From the NCBI GenBank assembly GCA_049967475.1, contig JBMFSQ010000010.1:1-64000 (forward strand): DNA of 64,000 nt, in the 5' to 3' direction. The translations under genes were made by a program, and so were the position numbers. The DNA is from Chthonomonadales bacterium. GTDB taxonomy: Bacteria > Armatimonadota > Chthonomonadetes > Chthonomonadales > CAJBBX01. Positions 1-11,922 of this stretch are shown here, in pieces; position 1 is the first letter of the stretch; each line of letters starts with the position of its first letter. The notes beneath the pieces are model-generated. The model searched no databases, had not been told where the DNA came from, and saw only the letters and a list, made by a program, of their open reading frames with translations.

Positions 1-53
1 CGGTGCCGTCTACGGTGTAGGAGGCTGCGTAAGAGACGGCTCCGGTGCGGCTT

Positions 54-1511
54 TCATCCACGAGGGGAAGCGGCCGCAAAGGCCGATACAAGCTCGCTCG
101 TTGCGCTCTGCATGTCTGGGGCGCATACGACCGCCGAGACCACCGCAGCGGCTGCAGCTCCTGCCTGCGCCACGGCACATACGTTGGTCTTCGCGATGCC
201 TCCGATGGCCACCACGGGGTGCTGTGGGCATTCCTTCCGGATGAGCTGTATCCGCTCGACCCCAACGGCGGGACCGGCATCGTCCTTTGTGGTGGAGCCG
301 AAGATCGCACCTACTCCGAAGTACGATGCGTACGGTGCAGCCGCCCGGGCTTCTTCTACCGTACTCACGGACACGCCCACGAGGGCGTCGGGCCCCAATA
401 GAGCGCGTGCATCTTTGGGGCTCATGTCTGCGGGACCGAGGTGGACACCATCTGCGCCCGAAGCCAAAGCCAAATCAACGTGGTCGTTCACTAAGAACAG
501 GGCTCCGAAGCGCCTGGCCATGGAGTTGATGAGCCGCGCCGTCTCCACGAGCGAATGCACAGGCGCACTTTTGTTTCTCAGTTGCACCGCACAAGCGCCG
601 CCGGCCAAGGCGGCTTGGGCGATCTGCTCCGCATCCCTCCCAGGGTAGAGATTGCTATCGGTAACCACGTATATTCCGCGCAGACGGGCAATCCGCTCGG
701 CGTGGGTGCGAGGTGCGTCGCGCGGCAAGAATGTGTCCCGAACCGCTAGGGCATTGGGATAACCCCGCCCGGCGCCGTAGATAACGGGCGACCCGAGCGC
801 CGCAGCGACGAATGCACGAGCAGACTTCACTGCTTCTATGACTGGAAAACCCTTGGCTAGAAACGCAGCCACAGCCGACGATAACATGCAGCCAGTGCCG
901 TGCGTGTGAGGGGTGTCAATGCGCCGGCCCGACATTACGGTAACCTCACCGCCTGGATGCACGAGCACGTCCACGGGTTGGTGGGGCAGGTGACCGCCTT
1001 TGACCAGTACGTATTGCCTCCCCCCACTCTGAAGCATTCTGCCGGCCCGCGCAGCGGATTCCACGTCACGCACATCAATGCCGCTGAGAACTGATGCCTC
1101 GTGGCGGTTGGGCGTAATCACATCGCACAGCGGTGCTAGATCGCTCAAGAGCGTCCGCGCACCATCCCGGGTCATGAGTGGTCCGCCGTCCGTCGGCTGC
1201 AACACGGGATCCAGCACCACGTTGCGGCAAGGGAACCTCGTCAATATCGAGCAGACCGCCCTCACGTTTTCGCGTGTTCCCAGGGCACCGATCTTCACCG
1301 CTTGGATGGATGCATCCTCAAGGATCGCAGCAACCTGTTCTTCCAACACGTTCGGAGGCACCGCGTAAACGGACCGGACGCCGGAGCTATTCTGAACAGT
1401 GATTACCGAAACGGCAGAAAAACCCGTTAGCCCCAATGCGGCGAACACGCGCAGGTCTGCTTGGATGCCTGCGCCTCCTGAAGGGTCTGAACCTGCAATT
1501 GTAAGGACCAT
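54..1511 (-). CDS. thiDE: Fused hydroxymethylpyrimidine/phosphomethylpyrimidine kinase (ThiD) and thiamine-phosphate synthase (ThiE)
   Basis: N-half has VLTIAGSDPSGGAGIQAD, VLDPV, ITPN, VLVKGGH and HTHGTGC. C-half has YVVTD, VQLRNK, LVND, GVHLG, STTK and VAIGGI. Start trimmed to in-frame ATG 1511 just past the thiO stop. Confidence 0.93.
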   Translation of the reverse strand: MVLTIAGSDPSGGAGIQADLRVFAALGLTGFSAVSVITVQNSSGVRSVYAVPPNVLEEQVAAILEDASIQAVKIGALGTRENVRAVCSILTRFPCRNVVLDPVLQPTDGGPLMTRDGARTLLSDLAPLCDVITPNRHEASVLSGIDVRDVESAARAGRMLQSGGRQYVLVKGGHLPHQPVDVLVHPGGEVTVMSGRRIDTPHTHGTGCMLSSAVAAFLAKGFPVIEAVKSARAFVAAALGSPVIYGAGRGYPNALAVRDTFLPRDAPRTHAERIARLRGIYVVTDSNLYPGRDAEQIAQAALAGGACAVQLRNKSAPVHSLVETARLINSMARRFGALFLVNDHVDLALASGADGVHLGPADMSPKDARALLGPDALVGVSVSTVEEARAAAPYASYFGVGAIFGSTTKDDAGPAVGVERIQLIRKECPQHPVVAIGGIAKTNVCAVAQAGAAAAAVVSAVVCAPDMQSATSELVSAFAAASPRG

Positions 1512-1548
1512 GGGTCCGAAATCCTTTGGGATTGCGCCTTCGCAGGCA

Positions 1549-2685
1549 TCATTCGCCGTCGAGAAAACGGGCAGGCAGATACGGTTGCAGCGAGATTGGA
1601 AGTTCCTCGCCGAGGATGAGCCCCGACACAAGATCCGCGGTGATTGGAGCCAGGAGAATCCCGTTCCTGTAGTGCCCCGCGGCAACATACACATTCTGCC
1701 ACCGCGCAACAGGACCGATCAGGGGCAATCCATCCGGTGTTGCCGGGCGTAGGCCGGCCCAGGCACCTTCGAAGGTTGCAGCGCCTAGTCCTGGCATAAG
1801 GCGCTTGCCGGCTTCGAGAAGTGATGCAACCCCGGCTACCGTAACGTGCGTGTGCTGCACATGAGGTTCCGAAGTCGCACCCACCAGGATGCATCCGTCC
1901 GCTCGTGGTACAAGGTAGCCGTGGTGACTGTAAATAGTGTGGCCTAGTGTTGGGGAGGAACTTCCCTGCGCGCGTCCTGGGTGGACTGCCAGGATTTGGC
2001 CTTTCACGGGGAAAACCGGCAGCGGCACCTGAAGGCAACTCGCCCACGTTTGTGTCCAAGCTCCTGTAGCGAGGACAATGCTGTGAGCATGCAGGTCCTC
2101 TGTCGGCGTTTGCACAGCAAGCACCCGGGCACCACTCGTGAGCAGGCCGAGAGCATGGGTGCCCTCCATCAACCTCACGCCGCGATTGATGCATGCCGCG
2201 ACGAGCCCTCGGGTCAGATCTGGTGGATCGTAGCGCTGCTCCTGCGGAGTGCGCGTGGCAGCGACAATTTCAGGTGAAAGCTCCGGTTCCAAATGTCGGG
2301 CAGCATCGCCGGTGAGCCTCTCGACGGGTAGTCCAATGGCCTTCTGCCATCGGGCTGCATCATCCAGGCCGGCAGCTTCTTCGGGGCTCATTGCGACCCG
2401 CATGAGCCCCTCGCACGTGCTGGCAATGTGCTCCCCGGTTTCCTCATTGAGGCGTCGTACGAATTCGGGGTACCGAGCAAGGCTGGCGAGCCCTAGGTCT
2501 ACGAACGGTCCTTGCTCATGCGCTTCGGATAGCGGGGCAAGCATACCGGCAGAGGCATTGGTAGCTCCGCAGCCCATGGAACCGCGTTCGACTACTGTTA
2601 CGTGGAGGCCCGCCCGCGCCATGACCCACGCGCAGGAGAGACCGACGATCCCACCGCCAACAACAACAACGTCCGGATATACCAT
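1549..2685 (-). CDS. thiO: Glycine oxidase ThiO
   Basis: GGGIVG FAD motif, ASAGML, PVKGQ, WAGLRP, GHYRNGILLAP; thi operon context. Confidence 0.93.
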   Translation of the reverse strand: MVYPDVVVVGGGIVGLSCAWVMARAGLHVTVVERGSMGCGATNASAGMLAPLSEAHEQGPFVDLGLASLARYPEFVRRLNEETGEHIASTCEGLMRVAMSPEEAAGLDDAARWQKAIGLPVERLTGDAARHLEPELSPEIVAATRTPQEQRYDPPDLTRGLVAACINRGVRLMEGTHALGLLTSGARVLAVQTPTEDLHAHSIVLATGAWTQTWASCLQVPLPVFPVKGQILAVHPGRAQGSSSPTLGHTIYSHHGYLVPRADGCILVGATSEPHVQHTHVTVAGVASLLEAGKRLMPGLGAATFEGAWAGLRPATPDGLPLIGPVARWQNVYVAAGHYRNGILLAPITADLVSGLILGEELPISLQPYLPARFLDGE

Positions 2686-2707
2686 CTGTGATCCCTCCGA
2701 TGCGGTG

Positions 2708-2911
2708 TCAACCTCCAGCCATCATCTGAACGATCTCTAATCGGTCGCCTGGCTTGAGAACTACCTCCGTGAACTCAGGCCGCGGCACGATTTCGCCGTT
2801 GCGTTCCACAACGACCATCTGGGTGTGAATGCCCCGGCTTGCAAGGAAATCGGCAATGGTTACCGGCCCATCCAGTGAGACAGGCTCTCCATTCACTGTG
2901 AGCTCAATCAT
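2708..2911 (-). CDS. thiS: Sulfur carrier protein ThiS
   Basis: 67 aa from ATG 2911 with GGAGG SD; VNGE...VERNGEIV...GDRLEIV and C-terminal GG. Confidence 0.93.
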   Translation of the reverse strand: MIELTVNGEPVSLDGPVTIADFLASRGIHTQMVVVERNGEIVPRPEFTEVVLKPGDRLEIVQMMAGG

Positions 2912-3526
2912 TTGGTCCTCCATCGAGAACAGTCCGATATCCCCTGGCTGCTCCGCACGGATCTCGGGCGTAAAGGACGCCTGACCGAACTGCAACCCCA
3001 GCAGCACCTACACCGATGCACGCGGGGGCGTTCTGCGGCGTGATACCCCCGATGGCGATTACCGGAATACGCACCGCACGACACACTCTCCCCAAGAAGT
3101 TGAGGCCGGCAGGCGCAATCTCCGGATGGGACGAAGAGGCGAAAATCGTCCCAGCCACGATGTAATCTGCCCCTTCGTCCTGAGCCGACTTGGCCTTCTC
3201 TACGGAATGGACGGACCGACCAACCAAGATGCGGCGGCCGGCCACCAAGGCGCGCACCGCTGCCACACCCATACCCTGTTCCGGGAGATGTACGCACTCC
3301 GGCTGCAATTCCTGGATGATGCTCGGATGGGCATTGATCGCCAGCAGCGTCTGGGTGGGGCAAATCTGCTTCAGGAGCCTAAACGCTGCGATCTGATCCG
3401 CAGTCGGCTCGGGAGGGCATCTTAGCTGAACAGCATTCGCGCCTCCCTCCGCTGCAAGAGCGGCCCGACGCACGGCCTCAGATGTGGGATCCGCCACAAT
3501 CATCAGGATGGGATTGCGCAGCCGCA

Positions 3527-3527
<1 letters not shown>
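2904..3527 (-). CDS. ThiE-fold protein, probable thiazole tautomerase (TenI-like)
   Basis: VQLR, GRSVHS, GADY and VIAIGGIT motifs, but the ThiE ND and TxK motifs read NA and SSH. TGATG coupling to the thiG stop fixes the start at 3527. Confidence 0.7.
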
Positions 3528-6315
<2,788 letters not shown>

Positions 6316-6334
6316 TTATCGGATGAGGCATGTG

Positions 6335-6425
6335 TCGCTTCCCTACGCCGGTATTATCCGGATCAGGTTCCAGGGTTGACGCAACAGTCGTCTCTCAGCC
6401 GGCAGAGCCAGCACCCCTAGCGCTT
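6335..6425 (-). ncRNA. TPP riboswitch (THI element)
   Basis: Minus strand reads AGGGGTGC...GCTGAGAG...ACCCTGGAACCTGATCCGGATAATACCGGCGTAGGGAAG, the canonical TPP aptamer core, upstream of thiC. Confidence 0.97.
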
Positions 6426-6442
6426 CTATTCATTTATAGTTT

Positions 6443-6471
6443 ACATTACCATGCTTCTGCGCCGTTGTCAA
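6443..6471 (-). promoter_or_regulatory. Sigma70-type promoter of thi operon
   Basis: TTGACA-17 bp-TAATGT with TG extension, just upstream of the riboswitch. Confidence 0.75.
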
Positions 6472-6543
6472 GGAGGGGCGGCATAGCCTATTCCGGCGCA
6501 GATGCGGCCGTCTCTGCGCAGCCTCATGGGAGCGCACCGCGCA

Positions 6544-6660
6544 GCAAGGCCGCGTCCGCACCCGGAGGAAGGGCGCCGCATCTCTCCCGCCGAGCAGCGC
6601 AAAGATCCGTTGCCCCGCACTCCACGAAGCCCTCACCATCCGGCGCGGACGCGGCCCTGC
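6544..6660. repeat. Long imperfect intergenic inverted repeat
   Basis: ggccgcgtccgc (6548-6559) is the exact reverse complement of 6645-6656; pairing extends imperfectly both ways. Confidence 0.65.
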
Positions 6661-6673
6661 GGGATCCGGAAGC

Positions 6674-7804
6674 CTACTTCACCGCCCGCAGCTTTCCAAT
6701 CCACAGCGTATTATCCTGCTCGACCCCACCCAAAACACCCGTTATATCGCCGATCAGCACCGTGGTTACTTGCGCAAAATCGAGTTTGGCGGAAGGATCC
6801 GAGCTATCCTGGGCAGGCGCGAAACTCGATGCCGAAAGAACGACGTGCTGCTTCGCGCTTCCGCCATCGAGGTCTGCCGCCGCATTGAACTTTATCCCGC
6901 CGGGCTGCTCCAATTGCACAAAGACCTTGGTGGGCTTTGCCGAAGCAATATCGAACTCAATCCGGTTCGTTCCGGCAAGCGCACCCCGGGACACCGGCTT
7001 GAGCACGCCGCCCCCAGAAGTAGGGCCCGCGTGGTAATCCATCTTCAATGACGGACCGCCGATGGGACCTCCATCCACGCGAGCGAGCTTGGCTCCGCCT
7101 ACACCGATCCAACACACTTGAGGATGTGCGAACGTGTCTATATCCACGCCTGTTGCAGACGCGGCGACACTCGCAGGAACCGGTTGGTCGCTCACGGTGA
7201 AGTCACTCATAAGCAGCGTATGGGCACCCGGCTGATAAGGGAACAACGCCGCCACCAAGGGGTTGTCGCCGGCTTGGGCCGCGATTTGGGCGAGGTCAAT
7301 CACGGCGATGCCCATGGCCTGATCCGGATCCAACTTTCCGTCGGGGTCCTTAGGAGCGTCCTTGTCCTCGCTCAGCACGAAGTCTCCGAGGGCCAACACC
7401 ACTTCCTGCCACTTGCCGCCGGGAACGCTGAACGGAGCCACATACCTCCCTCCGCCGCTTTCCTGGATGGCGAAGGCGAGGGTGGTTCCGTAATCCGCCT
7501 TCACCCAGCACCTTAGGCTCTTCATGTGTGCGAGCTTTCCGCCGGGAGTGGGAAGCGCCATCAAATTGACTTCACCCTTGGCGATATTGTAGGTGAACTT
7601 GAGGGCCCCCTTGCCGCCTCTCAACTCCGTGGGATCGTGGGTGACGCTCACCTTCCCATTACCCATGAACACCATCCAGCCGTCCTCGCTCTCAGCGAAC
7701 GTCTGCTGAATAATCGGCTCCGATTGGGCCGCCTGGGCGGCCACGGCGTGTGGCGACACAGCCAAAGCGCCTGCCACCACCAAAACATGCAAATACCGTC
7801 TCAT
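6674..7804 (-). CDS. Secreted protein with two tandem carbohydrate-binding-like (CBM11/CIA30-like) beta-sandwich domains
   Basis: Signal peptide MRRYLHVLVVAGALAVSPHAVAA from ATG 7804; two homologous halves (ALKFTY/SLKMDY, DPDGKLDPDQ/DPSAKLDFAQ). Confidence 0.65.
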   Translation of the reverse strand: MRRYLHVLVVAGALAVSPHAVAAQAAQSEPIIQQTFAESEDGWMVFMGNGKVSVTHDPTELRGGKGALKFTYNIAKGEVNLMALPTPGGKLAHMKSLRCWVKADYGTTLAFAIQESGGGRYVAPFSVPGGKWQEVVLALGDFVLSEDKDAPKDPDGKLDPDQAMGIAVIDLAQIAAQAGDNPLVAALFPYQPGAHTLLMSDFTVSDQPVPASVAASATGVDIDTFAHPQVCWIGVGGAKLARVDGGPIGGPSLKMDYHAGPTSGGGVLKPVSRGALAGTNRIEFDIASAKPTKVFVQLEQPGGIKFNAAADLDGGSAKQHVVLSASSFAPAQDSSDPSAKLDFAQVTTVLIGDITGVLGGVEQDNTLWIGKLRAVK

Positions 7805-8130
7805 GGAAACAGCCCCCTTCCCGCTGAAATCCGGAAGCAGCGAGGTCCCCGCTGCGCCACCGGGATGCAGCATCCACACCCGCGATAACGAGGTTCCAAC
7901 CCGCCGGCCTCCACAAGTCAAACAGACTACGGCCAAAGGATCGGATCGGTTGCACGGGTCGAGAGGTGAATTTCAGCGGTTTCGTGCAGGCTGCTCCCGC
8001 CGTGCCACGCGTGGGGGGGCCATCTCTGTGAGGGCGGCGTGGGTATGCGGAGGCAAGCGCCGATGCCTCCATCCGCAGGGCGACGGCCATGCCATCAACG
8101 GATGCTTCGACGGTGCCGGGCGCCTCTCGC

Positions 8131-8472
8131 CTACCCGGGCGGCCAGGCAAGGTGCCGCCCACCCAGGAGGTGCGCATGAAGGTGTTGCACTTCCTGGCCG
8201 GCATCTTCGCCGACGTTGATCACGAGGCGATACCCTGTGGCCGCAATCCCCTCCGACGCCGCGGCACGAGCGGCAGCCTCTAGCAGATGCCCCAATGCAT
8301 CGGCCTCGTTAAAAGCATCCGGTGGGACGAGGTGGCGCCGGGGTACTACTACCAGATGCACCGGCGCCACAGGCCGAATGTCGTAAAAGGCAACGGCGTA
8401 ATCATCCTGGTAGGCAATTTGCGCGGGAACCTCCCCGGTCACGATGCGGCAGAAGATGCACCCAGGGTCCAT
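8131..8472 (-). CDS. HIT-family nucleotide hydrolase (HinT-like)
   Basis: CIFCRI, AFYDIRPVAPVH, GQEVQHLHAHLLGG histidine triad. Confidence 0.93.
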   Translation of the reverse strand: MDPGCIFCRIVTGEVPAQIAYQDDYAVAFYDIRPVAPVHLVVVPRRHLVPPDAFNEADALGHLLEAAARAAASEGIAATGYRLVINVGEDAGQEVQHLHAHLLGGRHLAWPPG

Positions 8473-8633
8473 TCCAGCCTGCTCCCTCTTTTCGGTATTG
8501 CGCCGGGGTTAATCGTGCATACCCTTGCGCAATCCGCCTTTCGATGCCGTGGAGGCCACCCGCACACGCGGGCTGCGGGCACACGGATTGCGATCTCCAC
8601 ACCGACGCGGTTCCGATGATACCCCAACGGATG

Positions 8634-9368
8634 CTAAGCGGGACTGCTTTCGCCATGCTCCGCAGGCGATGCCGCTGCCGCCTTCCGCTCAGCGGCCTCC
8701 TGGGCGTGTTCCTCCAACCGCTGGATCATCAGTTCCCATTGCCGCCGCATGGGAACAATGCCGCCCCCGCCCACCGCTACGATCAGCGAACCCGCAACGA
8801 CGGCCAGGAGCGCGTAGAAAATGCCATTCACGATAGGCTGAGCAATCTGAAGCTGATTGAGTGCAGCGAAGATGCCCACGATCACGATGGCGGCCGAGGA
8901 AGCATCGGCGAGGAGGGGTCCGAATGTGTATGCGTCCAAGGCGATCGCCACGATGTCCTTGACGATGGCTCCCACCGCTGCTGCGATTACAATGACAACG
9001 AGAGCCACCACGATGTTGGGCAGGAAGGCTACGATGGAATTGAGCAAGTTGCTAATGGGATTGGGGCCAAACACTGCGAAGGCAAGTTGAAGCACAAAGA
9101 GCACAAGGGCATAGAAGATCAGCCTTCCCACCACATCCTCCACCTTGTACCCTGTGCGTTCTAGAGCCCCTCGCAGACCTCCCCGCTCCACGAGTTTGTT
9201 GAAGCCCAGGCGCGCCAGCCCTGCCACGATTGCCTTGGCAATCACCTTAGCCAGGAAGTATCCGATCAGAAGAATGATCAGGAACGCTGCCACCTTGGGG
9301 CTGAATGCGATGATGTTTTGCCATGCCTGATCCAGACCTTGCCGAATGGTTTCCGCAGATCCTCCCAT
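8634..9368 (-). CDS. CmpX-like conserved-TM-helix membrane protein (MscS-related)
   Basis: Multiple TM helices with repeated F.P.(V/I)..(F/A)L motif, FAALNQLQIA, VAVGGGG. Confidence 0.75.
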   Translation of the reverse strand: MGGSAETIRQGLDQAWQNIIAFSPKVAAFLIILLIGYFLAKVIAKAIVAGLARLGFNKLVERGGLRGALERTGYKVEDVVGRLIFYALVLFVLQLAFAVFGPNPISNLLNSIVAFLPNIVVALVVIVIAAAVGAIVKDIVAIALDAYTFGPLLADASSAAIVIVGIFAALNQLQIAQPIVNGIFYALLAVVAGSLIVAVGGGGIVPMRRQWELMIQRLEEHAQEAAERKAAAASPAEHGESSPA

Positions 9369-9452
9369 GTCTCGATCCCTCCGGGATGACGAGGCGCCAT
9401 CCCATGTGAATTCCGGCGCTTGACGGGCCGGTCGTCCCTATCCCCACGGTCG

Positions 9453-10376
9453 CTACTTGGGCGCGGCCGTACCAAGAAAGCCAAGAGCAAGCTGATTGAA
9501 CTTGTGCGGTTCTTCTTCGTGAGGCGCCAGTGCACTGTGATCAAAGACGGTAAGCTGGGCGTTCCGATTGGATGACACGAGAAACTCTCCATCCGAGAGA
9601 GGCGGTGTGAGGGCAGCGCGGCCCCACACCAACAGGCAGGGCCGCCGAAGTTTGGGCCACACGCCCCGCAAGTCAATGTTCTGCAAACCCGCAGCCCGCG
9701 AACGCTCCACCGCTTCGGCGTGATCCCGATGGCTCACCCAATACCGCACGTCTACTGCATGAGGTCCTGCATGGGCATTGTCCACATAAACGTCGTTCTG
9801 AAGATGTTCGAGGATGGCATACCGGGACGTGGAGCTTCCATACAAAGCCGATGCCAACCCCGGCATATGGCGGATTAGGAAGCCCGCTCCGCCTAGCGTG
9901 CCCGGTTGGTGACTACTGACGCCTCCGGGAGTAATGAGGATGAGCTTCGCAAGCAGCGCGGGCGTTCGCACTGCGATGTGCACAAGGTAGGCAGCGCTCT
10001 GCACGCACCCGACGGCGAATGCTCTGGGGCCAGCCAGGAGCCTAAGGAAGTCCGTTAGAAACGTGATGTAAAGCTCGGCAGTGTAGGGCCGCGGCCGAAT
10101 GTCGGAAAGGCCGTAGCCGGGCAGGTCCACAGCGTAGACCGTGTACACGGCCCCGAGCGCCTCGAGGTTCCGGCGCCATTCGATGCACGATGCCCCTATA
10201 TCTGGCGCGTGCACGAGCACAAGGGGCGGGCCGAACCCAAGGCAACGGTAATGGATGCGCTCACCCTGCCAGCGAAAGGTAGCCGAACTGCCGGGCATCC
10301 CTTCGAGGAAGCTTTCGCCCGAGGGTTCACGCTCACGTTCCGGTTTGCTGGAACCCGTCTCCATGCGCTGGACCAT
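9453..10376 (-). CDS. Alpha/beta hydrolase fold protein with degenerate triad
   Basis: GPPLVLVH, VYAVDLPGYGLS, PCLLVWG, PHEE; start uncertain (10376 or 10364). Confidence 0.8.
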   Translation of the reverse strand: MVQRMETGSSKPEREREPSGESFLEGMPGSSATFRWQGERIHYRCLGFGPPLVLVHAPDIGASCIEWRRNLEALGAVYTVYAVDLPGYGLSDIRPRPYTAELYITFLTDFLRLLAGPRAFAVGCVQSAAYLVHIAVRTPALLAKLILITPGGVSSHQPGTLGGAGFLIRHMPGLASALYGSSTSRYAILEHLQNDVYVDNAHAGPHAVDVRYWVSHRDHAEAVERSRAAGLQNIDLRGVWPKLRRPCLLVWGRAALTPPLSDGEFLVSSNRNAQLTVFDHSALAPHEEEPHKFNQLALGFLGTAAPK

Positions 10377-10450
10377 TGCACTGCCCCAAGAAGCGTGCTC
10401 CCTGGCTGCATCGAGGAGTGCACCCAGCAATTCAGCCGGCGCTTGGCAGC

Positions 10451-10479
10451 ATTATAGCGAACCTGGCAGCGATCGTCAA
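10451..10479 (-). promoter_or_regulatory. Sigma70-type promoter
   Basis: TTGACG-17 bp-TATAAT upstream of the alpha/beta hydrolase. Confidence 0.75.
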
Positions 10480-10681
10480 TGAGGAACGCATGATGCCCTC
10501 CTGCCCTTACCCCAACCATCCCGCCCGCACGGCCTTGTCCGGCAAGCTCGACACCGTGTGCCCAATCTGCACAGGGAAGCTTCGCCCATTCAGCTTCTTG
10601 CATGGGGCGCCCTGGTGCGCTATACTGCCATCTGTAATCATTCGGCGTGGGGCCAGTTTTGGCGAACGGGAAGGAGAAGCT

Positions 10682-11779
10682 ATGATTGCATCCGATTTTC
10701 AAGAGCTGCCCAAGATGATGCGCGCAGTTCGATGCATCGCGCCCGAGGATTACCGTCTCCAAGAGGTGCCGGTACCTCGTCCCGGCCCGGAGGAGGTATT
10801 GGTGCGCGTGGATGCGTGCGGCATCTGCGCCTCGGACGTTAAGTGCTTCGTCGGCGCACCTCTATTCTGGGGAGACGAGAATCGCCCGCCCTATGTTCAG
10901 CCGCCGGTGACGCCGGGCCACGAGTTTGTGGGCACGGTAGTGGCCCTCGGGGCGGGAGCCGCAGATAAGTACGGCCTTCAAATCGGCGACCGCGCCATAT
11001 CCGAGCAGATCGTCCCATGCACCTCCTGCACCTACTGCCGTCGCGGTCTCTACTGGCTCTGCGCTGTGAACGACATCTACGGCTTCCATCAGGCGACCCA
11101 AGGGGGAATGGCGGAATACATGCTCTTCCCGGCCAGAGCCCTCAACTACAAGGTGCCTCAGGATCTTCCAATTGAGAAGGCTGCCCTCATTGAGCCCCTG
11201 GCATGTTCCATGCACGCGGTGGAACGAGCCCACATCGAGCTGGGAGACACCGTGGTCATCGCCGGAGCCGGCACATTGGGCCTGGGTATGGTTGCTTCTG
11301 CACGCCTAAAGAACCCCGGCGTTCTTATAGTGATAGACCGCTACGATGAGCGCCTTCAGGTAGCCAAGAAGCTCGGCGCCGATGTTCTGCTGAACCCCGA
11401 CCGTGAGGACGTGATCGCCACCGTGCGCGAAATGACCGGGGGCATCGGCTGCGACGTCTATATTGAAGCCACAGGCCACCCGGATGCGGTAAACCAGGGT
11501 CTCCATATGATCCGCAAAGCCGGTACTTTTGTAGAGTTCTCCGTGATGGCCCGGGAAACGTGCACAGACTGGACCATCATTGGAGACAGTAAAGAGCTGA
11601 ACATCTTCGGCGCACACCTCGGACCGGGCTGTTATCCCAAGGTGATTGAATACCTCCGAAGCGGGCGACTCAAAGTAGAGGGAATCGTGACCCATAAGCT
11701 CCCTCTCGAGCAGTATCTCGAAGGGTTCCACCTGGTGCATGACGGCCGGCAATCCATCAAGGTGCTCCTGATACCGTAA
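10682..11779 (+). CDS. eltD: Zn-dependent polyol dehydrogenase, erythritol/L-threitol dehydrogenase-like
   Basis: GICASDVKC, FWGDENRP, PGHEF, SEQIVPC..C..C..., D.KEL...GAHLGP; strongly resembles mycobacterial EltD as I recall it. GAAGGAG SD before ATG 10682. Confidence 0.78.
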   Translation: MIASDFQELPKMMRAVRCIAPEDYRLQEVPVPRPGPEEVLVRVDACGICASDVKCFVGAPLFWGDENRPPYVQPPVTPGHEFVGTVVALGAGAADKYGLQIGDRAISEQIVPCTSCTYCRRGLYWLCAVNDIYGFHQATQGGMAEYMLFPARALNYKVPQDLPIEKAALIEPLACSMHAVERAHIELGDTVVIAGAGTLGLGMVASARLKNPGVLIVIDRYDERLQVAKKLGADVLLNPDREDVIATVREMTGGIGCDVYIEATGHPDAVNQGLHMIRKAGTFVEFSVMARETCTDWTIIGDSKELNIFGAHLGPGCYPKVIEYLRSGRLKVEGIVTHKLPLEQYLEGFHLVHDGRQSIKVLLIP

Positions 11780-11922
11780 CGCATGCAGCGAAAGCGGGCG
11801 GGCGAAGCCCGTGGGGGCGCCCTCGGGGTCGCGCCGGGCGCACCAACGGGTTCCCCGGCAAACCGATCGGCTGAGGCACCTAAGAACCCTTCGGAACGAG
11901 CCCCGCCAATCGAGCAAGGGCT

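Noticed and set aside
10376..10681. N-terminal extensions in the ORF track (also thiDE, thiC, trpG, rfbB, rsmI, GHL10)
   Set aside because: They overlap neighbouring genes or promoters; downstream starts with SD sites or conserved N-termini fit better.
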